A DNA stretch of 64,000 bases, taken from contig OZ024741.1 of assembly GCA_964016885.1 (NCBI GenBank), positions 88,784,001 through 88,848,000 on the forward strand, given 5' to 3'. Of the stretch, positions 24,876 to 39,000 are shown in pieces (within the stretch, counting starts at the first letter, position 1; the number at the start of each line of letters is the position of its first letter). Below the pieces are notes generated by a model that was not told where the DNA came from, ran no database searches, and worked only from the letters and a program-made list of their open reading frames with translations. The DNA comes from Eledone cirrhosa (lineage: Eukaryota). The position numbers were made by a program, and so were the translations under genes.

Positions 24876-26470
24876 TTATCATTATTAAGCCAGTAAAGTC
24901 ATTAGGGTGTGAGATTAAGTACCTCAGTATTTGTTCCTGCTATCTGCTCTGAATTCAAATCCCCCACCTCAGTTAACTTTATCTTTTATAATCTCGAGGT
25001 CAGTAAACAAAGTACCACTTCAATACTGGGCTCAATCCTTTCTCTGACTATCTCTAATTCTGGGAGATATTGGCAATGTTCTGACCTGGAGAAGGGTAGA
25101 CTGCACCAGGCTTAAAATTCCCAAGGTATGTTGTATGCCAGACTGTTGCCTCTACCATTTCATCAAGAGTTAAAGAGCCCTTTACTAATTACCATTACAA
25201 TTAGTCTGATGGAGGCACGAAATGGTAGACTGCCTGACAAAATGTCTTCGCAACATCTAGTGGTATTTTTTTTCTTTGTCAACAGAAGACTCAGAAGCTC
25301 AAACTCTGTTAATACCTTATGGCATTGGATGACACAAGAAGAAAAATTGTGATATAATTTAACAAACAGCTCTTATATCAAAAGAAACCCTTTGAAATGA
25401 GCGGTTCTGATGAAGCTATGGGAGTGAACACAGCTTTCACAAGGACAGTCAATGTATTTCAATGCCGATAATTGAGTAAAATAGGACCTGATCTCTTCCA
25501 AACTGATCTATTTGCTCATGGAAAATTGTGTGAAGCTCGGACACTGCAGGAATAGTAAAAATGTTCACATAGACATGTGTACACTTAACATAGTTATCAG
25601 GGAGATTCAGTATGACACAGTGTACAGATACTGTCCAACTTGCTTTTATTGAGTTTTCATCTACCCAATTCACTCAAGAGACTTAGGATGTCCCACGACT
25701 AAAGTAAATAACACTTCCCCAAGAGGCCATTTAGTTGGATCCAGCCTGGGACCTTATGACTGTGAAACACACTTCTTAACTGCCCAGGCATGTTGTGTCC
25801 ACATATCAACATTGCATACACTGAAGTTCTCCAGTATTAAAACTTCCTTCTTAACTATTCTATTTTATTCAGATACTTAATTCAAATAAATGTATATATC
25901 CATAAACATGTGTTTAGTACTTAGTTATTATTTCAGTTTAGCTATTTGGTTTTAATGAGTATTTTGTACTTATAAGTTTGTGCTGGTTACACAGTAAAAA
26001 GCACCTAGTCCACTCTGAAGGTGGTAATACTGGTGCCACAATAAAAAGCTCAGTCCATCCTGTAAGGTAGTAGTAGTGCTGGTGCCACAAAAAAGCTCCC
26101 AGTACACTCTGTAAAGTGGTTAACATTAGGAAGGGCATCCAGGCATAGAAAACCTAGTTAAAACAGAGCGTATGAAGAAGACATAGTCGTCATTTAACAC
26201 ATGTAAGCATGGGCAATAAAAATTAACCAGTAATTATGATCATCATCATCATTAATCATCATCAACTACAGCAGAAGCCATCCAATACAAGCTGAGATGT
26301 ATTGGATGGGTCATCACAGATGAAATCAGTACTTAAAGTCAGAGGTAGTGTCCTCTCAGAGGGATAGGGAGCTACATCTTGTTTACAATAGTTCCAGGAA
26401 GGGACATGGTTTCTACAGCTGGATGACTTTCCTATCACCAACCACTTTACTTCTGCTATATATATGTATA

Positions 26471-26720
26471 TCTAATCTTGTGAAAATATACATATTTATT
26501 CAAAACATTGCTGTATACATATACACTATATATATATATCATCATCACCGTTTAACGTCCATTTTGCATGCCAGCATGGGTTGGACAACTCCTCTAACCA
26601 ATGCTGGTATGGAAAATGGATATTAAACAGTGATGATGATGATGATGATATATATATATAGTGTGTGTGTGTGCATACAGCAATGTTTTGAATAAATATT
26701 CATATTTTCACAAGACTAAA
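26471..26720. repeat. ~250-bp foldback: unique flank, (TA)n and RTE tail duplicated in inverted orientation
   Basis: Left 'tcttgtgaaaatatacatatttattcaaaacattgctgtat' is the reverse complement (2 mismatches) of right 'atacagcaatgttttgaataaatattcatattttcacaaga'; centre is two head-to-head RTE tails. Confidence 0.88.
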
Positions 26721-26765
26721 CATATTTATTAATCACATTGTTTACAGTTTCATGTCTATAATTTC

Positions 26766-26767
<2 letters not shown>

Positions 26768-26808
<41 letters not shown>

Positions 26809-26898
26809 CATATATATATTCATATATACATACATATATATACATATATATACATATATATATACACATATATACATACATATATATACACATACATT

Positions 26899-26930
<32 letters not shown>

Positions 26931-27030
26931 TACATATATACACATATATATATACACATATACACACATATATACACACATATATACACACATATATATG
27001 TTCATATATACATACATATATATATATATA
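26768..27030. repeat. (TA)n/(TACA)n microsatellite
   Basis: Directly visible. Confidence 0.95.
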
Positions 27031-27374
27031 TGGAGGCACATGGCTTAGTGGTTAGAGCATTGCCCTTGCAATCGAAAGGTTGTGAGTTCAATTCTCAGAC
27101 CGGGTGATGTGTTGTTTCCTTGAGCAAGACACTTTATTTCACATTGCTCCAGTTTACTCAGCTGTAGAAATGAGATGATAGGGACTGGGGTCTATATCAT
27201 TCCACTGCAAAGTGGTCGTGCAGGTGCCACGGCAAAAAAGCACCCAGCACTCACTGTAAATGAGGTTGGTGTTAGGAAGTCATGCAGCTGTAGAAATCAA
27301 GCCAGAATCAGTTCCCGTCCCACACTTGCAAGCATGGAAAAAGCGGACGTAAAATGAAATGATGAAATGATGAT
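27031..27374 (+). mobile_element. SINE family 1, B-tail variant, full length
   Basis: tggaggcacatggcttagtggttagagc head; B box; tail cccgtcccacacttgcaagc...gtaaaatga. Confidence 0.92.
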
Positions 27375-27582
27375 ATATATACACATATATACATACATAT
27401 ATATATTCATATATACATACTAATATATACATATATATATACTTATATATACACATATATACATACATATATATACACATATATACATACATATATATTT
27501 CATATATACATACATATATATATTCATATATACATACATATATATACATATATACATATATATACACATATATATTCATATT

Positions 27583-27787
27583 CATTTCATTTTACGTCCA
27601 CTTTTCCCTGCTTGCAAGGATGGGACGGGAACTGATTCTGGCTTGATTTCTACAGCTGGATGCCCTTCCTAACACCAACCTCATTTACAGTGAGTGCTGG
27701 GTGCTTTTTTGCTGTGGCACCTCTACGACCACTTTGCAGTGGAATGATAGGGACCCCAGTCCCTATCATCTCATTTCTACAGCTGAG
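27583..27787 (-). mobile_element. SINE family 1, B-tail variant, 5'-truncated
   Basis: Reverse complement of the 3' part of 27031-27374; stops at 'ctgagta' into (TA)n. Confidence 0.9.
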
Positions 27788-27789
27788 TA

Positions 27790-29019
<1,230 letters not shown>

Positions 29020-29020
<1 letters not shown>

Positions 29021-29140
29021 TGAAGGCGTGTGGCCGAGTGGTTAGAGAATTGGATTCGCAATCGTAAGGTTGTGAGTTCAATTCCTGGACCAGGCGATGC
29101 GTTATGTCCTTGAGCAAGACACTTTATTCCACGTTGCTCC
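29020..29140 (+). mobile_element. tRNA-derived SINE head (related family), 3'-truncated
   Basis: A box TGGCCGAGTGG, B box GAGTTCAATTC, 'gtccttgagcaagacact' core. Confidence 0.8.
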
Positions 29141-29260
29141 TTCTACCTGGAGTTGGGACCGATAGATAGTATTAGCAATTGGAAAGACCAACGGAAACAT
29201 TGTTCCCTCGGTCCGATTTGACGAAAGTCGATCGTTCCTACATATATATATACATATATA

Positions 29261-30088
29261 CAGGGTGCAGACGATATTTGTTCGCAAGATTACTGTCTAG
29301 GAAAAAGTAACACAGTAGTTTTTTTTTTTAAGATATATTTATCAAACTTGGGTCAGCTTGTCTTCATGACTTGTTCTTTCGATCTCACTCGATAAACCCG
29401 CCATTGGCTTTGATGACGGCCTCGGAACCGGGCACAGGCCTTCGTCACTGTGCCCCGACTTAGGCCCCTAAAGGCACTTGTGATCCTGGCCTTCAGATCG
29501 ACTTTCATATTGCAGCTAGATCTGTTGGTGTCTCGTTCCACTGCGCCCCACACAAAGAAGTCAAGGGGGTTGCAGTCAGGCGAGCTGGGAGGCCAGATGT
29601 CAGGTGAAGTGTGGTCGACGAAGTTCTCTGACAGCCAGGCTTGGAGCTTTCGGCTGGTATGGCACAGCGCTGAGTCTTGCTGCCACACGTACGGCCTACC
29701 TGCAGCTACCTGGTCGATCCAGGGCTTTACTACCTCGCTCAGAACGCGGATGTAGCCATCGGTGTTCAGCTTCAGGCCCTCAGGGAAGAAATGAGGTGTC
29801 ATGTTGACACCTAAGACCAATGTTGTCGCTGGAAACTTTGTCTGCATGACTGTGGGACGTTGAGAAAGTCTGAAATTTCCATTATTTGTCCTCCCGGTGC
29901 AGATTCCAAGAACTCCGTGTCTCTTCCACAAATTTGGAGGTTCAAAATTATTTATAATCAATTATTCTGAAAATAAATAATGGAAATATAGTCACTGTTT
30001 TTATGAAGAAAAGAGTGACAACGGAAGTAAAAAAAATTTGCATAAAATTAGCAGTTGAAAATTGCGAACAGATATCGTCCGCACCCCG
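29261..30088 (-). mobile_element. Tc1/mariner superfamily DD37D (maT) element, internally deleted, 828 bp
   Basis: 27-bp TIRs cagggtgcagacgatatttgttcgcaa / ttgcgaacagatatcgtccgcaccccg, TA on both sides; ORF 29353..29961 has QQD-x37-D (WPPSSPDCNPLD). Confidence 0.93.
29353..29961 (-). pseudogene. Truncated DD37D transposase (C-terminal catalytic part)
   Basis: YVWQQDSALCH...WPPSSPDCNPLDFFVW; HTH domain and first Asp missing. Confidence 0.85.
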
Positions 30089-30093
30089 TATAT

Positions 30094-30436
30094 ATCATCA
30101 TCATCATTTCATTTTACGTCTGCTTTTTCCCTGCTTGCAAGGGTGGAACGGTAACTGATTCTGGCTTGATTTCTACAGCTGGATGCCCTTCCTAACACTA
30201 ACCTCATTTACAGTGAGTGCTGGGTGCTTTTTTTCCATGGCGCCTACACGAGCACTTTGCGGTGGAATGATATAGACCCCAGTCCCTATCATCTCATTTC
30301 TACAGCTGAGTAAACTGGAGCAATGTGAAATAAAGTGTCTTACTCAAGGAAACAACACATCACCCGGTCTGAGAATTGAACTCACAACCTTTCGATTGCA
30401 AGGCCAATGTTCTAACCACTAAGCCATGTGCCTCCA
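30094..30436 (-). mobile_element. SINE family 1, B-tail variant, full length
   Basis: Closely matches the reverse complement of 27031-27374. Confidence 0.92.
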
Positions 30437-30525
30437 TATATATATATATATATATATATACATACACATATATATATATATATATACATATATATACATA
30501 CATATATATATATATATATACATAT

Positions 30526-33500
30526 GCGGAGATGCTGGAGAGAAGGCAGGTGGATGTGTGCTGCGTGCAAGAGGTGAGATGGAGAGGTGCCTCTGCGAGA
30601 CTAGTCATAGGCAAGCGTCTTAGCTATAAGCTATTCTGGGTAGGTAAGGATGATGGGTTAGGGGGAGTAGGCATTTTCCTGGCTGAGAAATGGATCAATA
30701 AGACAATAGAGGTAGTTCGAGTTAGTAATCGAATAATTAAGCTTAGATTAGTTGTAGGTAGGAGACTACTGACAATCATCTCGGTCTATGCTCCCCAAGC
30801 AGGCCTAGGCAAAGATGAGAAAAACTGCTTTTATGAGCAACTTTTGCAAACAACCACAATGACAGAGGACGGAGACATCGTTATGCTAGCAGGAGACTTC
30901 AATGGTCATGTTGGACAGCTCCAGGATGATTACACTGGGGTACATGGTGGGCACGGTTACGGTTCAAGAAATGAAGAAGGAGTGAGACTTCTTGAATTTT
31001 GTGATGCGAGTACATTGACTATTTGCAACACAAACTTCCAGAAACCTGCCAATTACCTAATAACCTACAAATCTGGTGAGCACATAAGCCAGATTGACTT
31101 CCTGCTAGTTAGGCAGCGGGACAGGCAGATAGTGTCTAATACCAAGGCATACCCGGGGAAGAATGTACCCCACAGCATAGGTTAGTTGTTAGTGATATCT
31201 CAGTAAGCAACAGATGGAATGAGACATATAGGAAGGTGTGGAGAAGAAAGGTCTGGAAGCTAAAAGACCTTTCACTAAAATACAAATTTAGGAAAGCCCT
31301 TCAAGATGTATATGACGAAAAAGAAGACGATTTTGAGACGTATGACATAGATAATAACTGGAAGTTCTTACGTGACAACTTGCTGCAGGCTACTGATGAA
31401 ACCTGTGGCTGGAGCAGAGCTCCAACCAGACAGAGAGTGACCTGGTGGTGGAACAGCACAGTAGATAAGGCTATTAGAGACAAAAGACTAGCATGGAAGG
31501 CTTGGAAAAAGGGTGGGAGTAGGGAAGAATATACAGCCACTAAGAGAGAAGCTAGACGTCAGGTGTACTTAGCACGCAGGGAGGCAGAGAGTAGGAGGTT
31601 TGCCAATGTTCTGCGACGGGAAGATCAGAGGCGTGCGGTGTTCCACATTGCAAGGCAGTGTGTCAATGCAAATCAGGATGTTGTTGGAGATAAATGTGTC
31701 CGGGATGATGCCGGTGTACTTAGTGTCACGAATGACCAGAAAAAGGAGGCCTGGAAATGTCATTATGAGAGACTGATGAATGTGGAGAACGAATGGGAGA
31801 GAGAGAAATTACCCTTGGTAGATCCGACAGAGGGACCAGCTATTGAGATTGACGAATATAGGGTCCAAGAGGCGATTAGGGAAATGAAAAATGGTAAGGC
31901 GGCCGGACCATCGGGAATAATTGCTGAGATGCTGAAGGCATCAGGGGACGTAGGCACTAAACTGGTTGCACGCATCATCAATCAGGCTATATATGGTGGT
32001 GTCATACCCAAAGACTGGTGCAGCAGTATTCTCATAAATTGCTACAAAGGTAAAGGGGATGCTTTGGAGAGGAGCAATTATAGGGGTATAAAACTGATAG
32101 ATCAGGTTATGAAAGTGGCAGAAAGGATTTTAGCACAACTAATTAGAGAAAGGGTCAAACTAGATGAGATGCAGTTTGGTTTTGTGCCTGGGAAGAGTAC
32201 AACAGATGCCCTCTTCTTGGTGAGACAAATGCAAGAGAGGTTCTTAGAGAAAAATAAGGCACTATACTTAGCCTTTGTTGACCTAGAGAAGGCCTTTGAT
32301 AGGGTACCCCGATCTGTCATCTGGTGGTCCCTAAGGAAGCTAGGTGTTGAGGAATGGCTTGTGAGGACAGTGCAAACTTTGTACAGAGGTACTCTCAGTA
32401 AAGTCAGGGTAGGAATGGAGCTTAGTGAGGAATTCCAGATACAAGTAGGAGTACATCAGGGTTCGGTCCTCAGCCCGCTCTTGTTCATTATAGTCCTCCA
32501 AGCCATAACAGAGGAGTTTAAGACTAGCTGTCCATGGGAACTTCTCTATGCTGACGATCTGGTTCTTATAGCAGAATCAGTAGAGGAGCTAGAGAATAAA
32601 TTCCGGCTATGGAAACAACAGTTGGAAGCAAGAGGACTGAGAGTAAATCTAGCTAAGACAAAAGTGTTGATGAGTAGAAAAGAGGACAAAACCCTGATTC
32701 CATCAGGGAAATGGCCATGTTCGATATGCAGAAAAGGAACTGGCATAAATTCTATAAAATGCACACAATGCAGGTCCTGGGTACACAAGAGATGTAGCGG
32801 GATAGCAGGCAAACTAACAGGTAGGGAGAAATATGTATGCAGTAGATGTACAGGGAAATTAGACAGTAGAAGTCGCACTGATAGACACATTTTTCAAATG
32901 CGAGAGGGCGCTATAGAAGTGGTGGATAGCTTCCGGTACCTAGGAGATCAGATTAGCATGGGAGGAGGGTGTTCCGAAGCCATAGTATCTAGAATAAGGA
33001 CGGGTTGGAAGAAGTTTAGGGAGCTGCTTCCTCTGTTGACGAAGAAGGGTTTCTCCCTGCGTACGAAAGGCCGGTTGTATGATGCCTGTGTGAGGAGCGC
33101 GATGCTGCATGGTAGTGAGACATGGGCAGCAACTGCAGAGGATATGCGACGGCTGGAGAGAAATGAGGCAAGCATGCTCCGTTGGATGTGCAATGTAAAT
33201 GTGCGTGAACGACCCAGCATAAATGTGCTGAGAGAGAAACTGTCTGAGAGGGATAGAATGTAGTGTACAGGAGAGGAGACTGAGGTGGTATGGACATGTG
33301 ATACGCATGGAGGATGACCGATGGGCGAAGAAGTGCCAGGAAATGCCAGTTGAAGGAAGACGTATTAGAGGTAGACCACAAAAAACATGGGCGGAGGTGG
33401 TGAGAGCAGACCTCAGATCGCTGAAGCTCACGGTGGAGATGACGAGGGACCGTGACAAGTGGAGAGATGCTGTGCTGAATAAGACCCGTCCCACCCTTGC

Positions 33501-33540
33501 AAGCAGGGAAAAGCGGACGTAAAATGATGATGATGATGAT
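30526..33540 (+). mobile_element. RTE-clade LINE, family B, young, 5'-truncated, inside (TA)n
   Basis: EN (QEVRW, YAPQ, GDFN, IDF), RT (QFGF, DLEKAFD, QGSVLSP, YADD), PHD; stop TAA immediately followed by (GAT)n. Confidence 0.96.
30532..33522 (+). pseudogene. EN-RT-PHD ORF of LINE B with two frameshifts (~31155, ~33243); RT intact within ORF 31236..33263 (675 aa)
   Basis: Comparison with copy D shows a 1-bp and a 2-bp deletion; the repaired frame is 997 aa. Confidence 0.92.
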
Positions 33541-33710
33541 ATATATATATATATATACACATATATACACATTTATATACATATATATACACATACATAT
33601 ATATACATATATACACATACATATATATACATATATACACATACATATATACATACACACACATATATAGTGTGTGTGTGTATGTGTTTATATATATGTC
33701 TGTGCGTGTA
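33541..33710. repeat. (TA)n/(TACA)n/(TG)n microsatellite
   Basis: Directly visible. Confidence 0.9.
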
Positions 33711-34109
33711 TGTCTCCTGTTAGATGTGGACCTGACTAAGCTCCATTGTTTTTTTTATTTGCCCACTACATGCACTACTTGTCCCCCTCCTCCTCCTCTG
33801 TATTATATATATTTACTGTAAAATCCACCTAGGTTATCTATTGTATTGTATATGTAATATCTCAGCCCCCAAGTAAGATAGTGATGATGACGGTGGTGGT
33901 TTGAGAGTCATATGTCTTGTTTGCTTGTGGTGTGGACCCTAATTACAGTCAAAATTGTTAGCCAAGTCAAAACTATTTTGACTGGAGAAAGAGGCATTAT
34001 GCCACAGACAGGAAATGGCACCTCTGTCCTATAACTGCTGCTGCCACCACCACCACCACCACTACCACCACCTCTACTATTACTACTACTACTACTAATA
34101 AAAATAACA

Positions 34110-34522
34110 ACAATAAAACTTTCTACTTTTGGCACAAGGCTAGCAATTTGAAAGGATGAGAACGCCAATTAAATTGGCCCCAGTGCTTGACTGGTACTTT
34201 ATTTATCAACCCCTAGAGGATGAAAAGCAAAATTGCCCTCAGCATGATTTGAAATCAGAACACAGAAAGCCACAACTAAATATTACAAAGTGATGATGAT
34301 GATTTCCTCTGATGCTCTATCAATGCTGCCAATCCACTGACCTAACAACAACAATTGTTTCTACTTTTGGCACAAAGCCAGCAATTACCCCCAGTGCATT
34401 ACTGGTGCGTTATCTTATCAAACCCGAAAGGATGAAAGGCAAAGCTAACCTCGACAGGATTTGAACTCTATGCTGCAAAGCATGGTGTTTGGCGCTCTAC
34501 TGATTCTGCCAATCCACCGTCC
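34110..34522 (-). mobile_element. Two tandem SINE family 2 copies (older 34110-34340, younger 34354-34522)
   Basis: Both carry the family-2 core and tail; 'cctaacaacaacaa' flanks the younger copy on both sides. Confidence 0.75.
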
Positions 34523-35107
34523 TAACAACAACAACGATAATAATGATTTTTTTTTATTAGCCACAAGAACAAATTAATTAGAAAAAGAAAAACTAAACAA
34601 AAACAACACAGTGCAAAATGGGGCTTACTTGTAAAGGAGGTAAAGAGAAGGGGACACCAACAAAGGGAAATCAGTAGATATAACAATACCTATTGCCTTT
34701 CATCCTTCCATGGTCAATAAAATAAAGTACCAGTGAATTACTGGGGTTGATATAATCGACATTCTGATTCCACCAAATTGCTTACCTTGTGCCAATGTTA
34801 GAAGAAATTATTATTATTATTATTATGCATCTAGTGAGCTGCAGAGCATTTTACCAGCTGGACAATGTTTGCTTTCATTGAGGGCTTGTGGAAAGTATGA
34901 GTGATGATAGCCTGTGAGCAGCTCTGGTCCTTGACAAGGACAGTTTGAACAGACTCTTCTGGAGGATTTTCAGGTTGGGGATTATGGACAATTTCTAAAA
35001 CTCCTAGGCTTGGCAGAGCTATAGAGAACAACAACTAATTTGAGATAAGCTCTACAAGCATAGAAATGCCAACAGCTGAAACTGTTGGCTTATGTTGAAC
35101 AACTGCT

Positions 35108-38100
35108 ATCATCATCATCATCATCATCATCGTTTAACGTCCATCTTCCACGCTAGCATAGGTTTGGACGGGAATTTTCCCACTTGAGGCAAGATTGGTT
35201 GTCTTGCTCGTATAGGACTGTCTGGCCTTCCTAACACCAACCACATTTACAGTGTGGACTGGGACGTTTTTACCGTGTTACCTACACGGCCACATTACAG
35301 CGTGGACTGTGTGTTTTTTTGTCATGACACCTACACACCCTAATTTGTTTCGGACTGGATGCTGTGGTACCAACATAACTTTACATTGGAAGGGGTGGTG
35401 TGGATGGGGTGGGGGTAGTGGGGCCGGGGTGTATTTTGTTAGAGATGCCTACTGACTGTAGGTTTCGCTTTGTACTTAGGCAAGGCGGGTCTTCTGTATT
35501 ACTGTGTATCGCCAAAGATCTCGGTCCAGTGACATTGTCTTGGAGAGGTGTAAGTGTGTGAGGTCGGAATTTAGCAAGTCGTCCCAGGTTTTTCTGGGTC
35601 TGCCTACTCCGTGGCTACCGTCTATTTTTATTGCCCTGCACTTTTTTATACAGCTATCGTCTTTCATGCACATCACGTGACCGTACCAACGTAGCCTTCT
35701 CTCGAGTAAACAGCTTCTGATCCCTCTTATTCCGAATTTCTCCATTAGTTCGTTTATGCTTTGCCATTCACGTATATTACTATTACATATCCAGCGGAGC
35801 ATGCAAGCTTCGTTCCTCTCCAGTCTGCGTATATCCTCTGCACACAATGCCCAGGTCTCACTGCCATGCAACATTGCTGTTCGTATGCAGGCATCATACA
35901 GCCTGCCTTTCATTTTTAGTGAGAACCCTTTAGTGGCCAATAGTGGTATAAGCTCTCTGAACTTTTTCCATCCTGTTCTGACTCTAGCTACTGTACTTTC
36001 GGAGCACCCTCCACCACTGCTGATTTTGTCCCCCAGTAACGGAAGGTGTCCACTATTTCTATAGAACCATCTGTGCAATGGAATGAGCTAGTATTCTGTG
36101 GGCACTTGCTGCTACTTATTGCACCAGAGCACCGGCCACATATAAAATCTATATTCTTAGTTAGCTTACCTGTGATCCCACTACATCTTTTATGCACCCA
36201 TACTTTGCATTTGGGACATAAAATGGAGTTTCTGCCTACTCCTTTCCTACACACTGAGCATGGCCATTTCCCAGATGGGACTGGTGCCCTATTTTCCTTC
36301 CTACAAACTAGAACTTTAGTCTTGGACAGGTTAATTTTAAGGCCTTTTGATTCTAGGCCATGCTTCCATATTTGGAATTTCTTCTCTAGTTCGGCCATTG
36401 ATTCAGCTATGATCATCTGCGTATAGGAGTTCCCATGGGCAGCCGGTCTTGAACTCCTCTGTTATAGCCTGAAGGGCAATAATAGGAGAGGGCTAAGGAC
36501 GGAGCCCTGAGGAACACCAATCTTTACACTAAACTCTTCACTATATTCGTTGTTAATTCTAACCTTGCTGACTGTTTCTTTATACATGGCTTGTATAGCT
36601 CTCACAAGCCATTCATCAACACCTAGTTTTCTAAGGGCCCACCAGATAATGGAGCGGGGGACTCTGTCAAAGGCTTTCTCCAAGTCAACAAAAGCTAAGT
36701 ATAGGGATTTATTTTTAGCTAGGTACTTCTCCTGTAGTTGTCGTACAATGAAAAGAGCGTCTGTGGTACTTTTACTTGACACAAACCCGAACTGCATTTC
36801 ATCTAGATCAATTCGCTCTCTGATTAGTTGCGCTATTACTTTTACTGTGACCTTCATGACCTGGTCAATTAATTTAATGCCTCTATAGTTACCCCTATCT
36901 AGGGCATCTCCTTTACCCTTGTAGCAGTTAATGATGATGCTGCTGCTACGCCAGTCCTTCGGAACGACCCCATTCTGTATGACTTGGTTTACTATCCGGG
37001 TGACCATAGTGTGTCCCACTGTTCCAGATGCTTTCAGCATTTCAGCAACTATTTCCGAAGGCCCAGCCGCCTTACCCGTCTTCATATCTTTGATTGCTTT
37101 ACTTATTATACTACCTTCAACTAGCACTGCTGGTCCCTCTATTGGATCGATGTGGGGGAGACTGTCTTTCTCCCATTTATTCTCCTGTGACACTTCCAAG
37201 CTACCTTCTTATCAGCGTCAGTGATGGCAAGTACACCATCATCATTAAGGACACACTTCTCCCCAACAATATCACTGTTTTCCTTGACACATTGCCTAGC
37301 AATCCTGAACACCTCACATTTTTGGTCCTCGCGTTGTAGAACATGCTTGAACTTTCTTTCCTCTGCTTCCCTTCTTGCGAAGTACACTTGTCTCCTAGCT
37401 TCCCCCCTGGCCACTTGATAGTCTTCTCTACTTCCCCCATCCCGCCATACTTTCCAAGCCGGCTTTTTGGCCTTAATTGACTCCTCCACCTTACTCTCCT
37501 CCTGCCTATAGGCCTGCTCCAGCCACAGACATCATCTGCCGCCATCAGCAGGTTAGCTTTCAGGAATTCCCACTGTTCCTCTATATTGTACGACTCTAAT
37601 TGCTCTTCCTTACTGTCAAAAGCATCAAGTATTATGCTTTTAAATTTATTACTGGCTGTGGTGTCCTTTAGCTTCCATATTTTTCTCCTGAGGATAGTCC
37701 TCCTCTGTTGTCGAGTACGTCTTGTCCTGACTACGAGGTCGCTGACTATGAGTCTATGTTGGGAGGCGCATTCTTCATGGGGGAGGGATTTAGTGTTTAA
37801 GATAGACACTCTATCACGTCTTCTGGTAAGGATATAATCTATCTGACTGGCGTGTTCCCCTGATCTATAGGTGATCAAGTGATTGTCTCGTTTTTTTGAA
37901 GTTAGTATTACAGACAGTTATGTTATTTGCGTCACAGAATTCCAGGATTCTGGCGCCTTCCTCATTTCTAGTAGCAAACCCATAGCCTCCATAAATTCCG
38001 TCATAGCCATCACAATGTTGTCCAATTTGACCATTTAGGTCACCAGCAATAATTATGTAGTCACTGTCGGTTATTTGGGAGGTCGTGAGCATCAATGTCT

Positions 38101-39000
38101 CATAGAATCTGTCTTTTATAACGCCAGGCAGTCCGGATTGGGGTGCGTACACAGATATTACTGTCACAGTAGTTCTATTTAGGACAAGTCTTATTTTAAT
38201 TATTCTGTCGTTCACTCTATTTACGTCTATTATCTTATCTACCCATTTTTCTGCTAACATGATTCCTACCCCACCCAGTCCATTGTCATTTCCCACCCAG
38301 AAAAGCTTATAGCATCGTTTTTTACCCACAATGAATCTAGCAGACCCACCCCTCCACCTGGTCTCTTGGATACAGCAAACATCAACCTCCTTGCGCTCAA
38401 GCATTTCTACAACCTCGTTAGAGCGACCTTTTAAGGTGCCTACATTCATGGTACGAACTCTGAAGTTTTGGATTGCGTTTGGTGGGTGGGAACGGTGGGG
38501 TGCGGGGAGGGGTGAGGGGGCTGGGGTTGGGGTTATGTTGGCCATCCGCGGCCGAAACAAAGAGGAGGAGTCCTTGCCTTTTCGTTCGGCAGCATGAGGT
38601 GAATTTGTCTTCATCTTTGGCATTGTCACTCAGTGTCCAGAGTTTTTCTGACTCTCTAGAATTTCCTAGTCCATCCATCATATCGAAAGGCAACCAGAAG
38701 AAGTGCTAGCATAGGCCGGTGACTTATGATTGGTCGAAATAATAATAATGGTGGTGAGTGGGGGCGGGTGGGAGGGGTATGAGGGTATGGGGTATGATGG
38801 GTATGAGAAGGTTTAAATAAAATCCTCGAAATTTGGGCATAATTGGACAAGCATATAACAGTAATAAGCGAATAAAATTTAGTACAACCTGACAGAATTA
38901 TAGAATAGCAGATAACAGTAATAAGCGAATAATATTTAGAACAACCTGACAGAATTATAAAATAGCATTGAGATGGACCGGGAAATGGAGAGAACCAAAG
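35108..39000 (-). mobile_element. RTE-clade LINE, family C, apparently full length, degenerate (5' boundary approximate)
   Basis: (ATC)n tail at 35108; EN from VRTMNVGTL; RT with YADD; PHD; putative 5' UTR holds a 57-bp tandem duplication (38855-38967). Confidence 0.93.
35476..38629 (-). pseudogene. EN-RT-PHD ORF of LINE C, frameshifted
   Basis: ORF pieces 37865..38629, 37201..37878, 37139..37489, 36462..37199, 35988..36416, 35476..36078. Confidence 0.9.

Noticed and set aside
25404-25445. CTGATGAAG hammerhead-like start
   Set aside because: No intact GAAA core or convincing stems I/III.
27031-27103. tRNA gene-like sequence (also at ~5950-6022, 29020, 30365-30436, 49075-49146)
   Set aside because: A and B boxes are present but there is no convincing acceptor stem, and each runs into a SINE body; these are SINE heads.
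30376-31185. 269-aa ORF fusing antisense SINE and microsatellite to the LINE endonuclease
   Set aside because: Starts at TTG and is open only because (TA)n has no stops; frameshifted at ~31155; no evidence for a real fusion protein.
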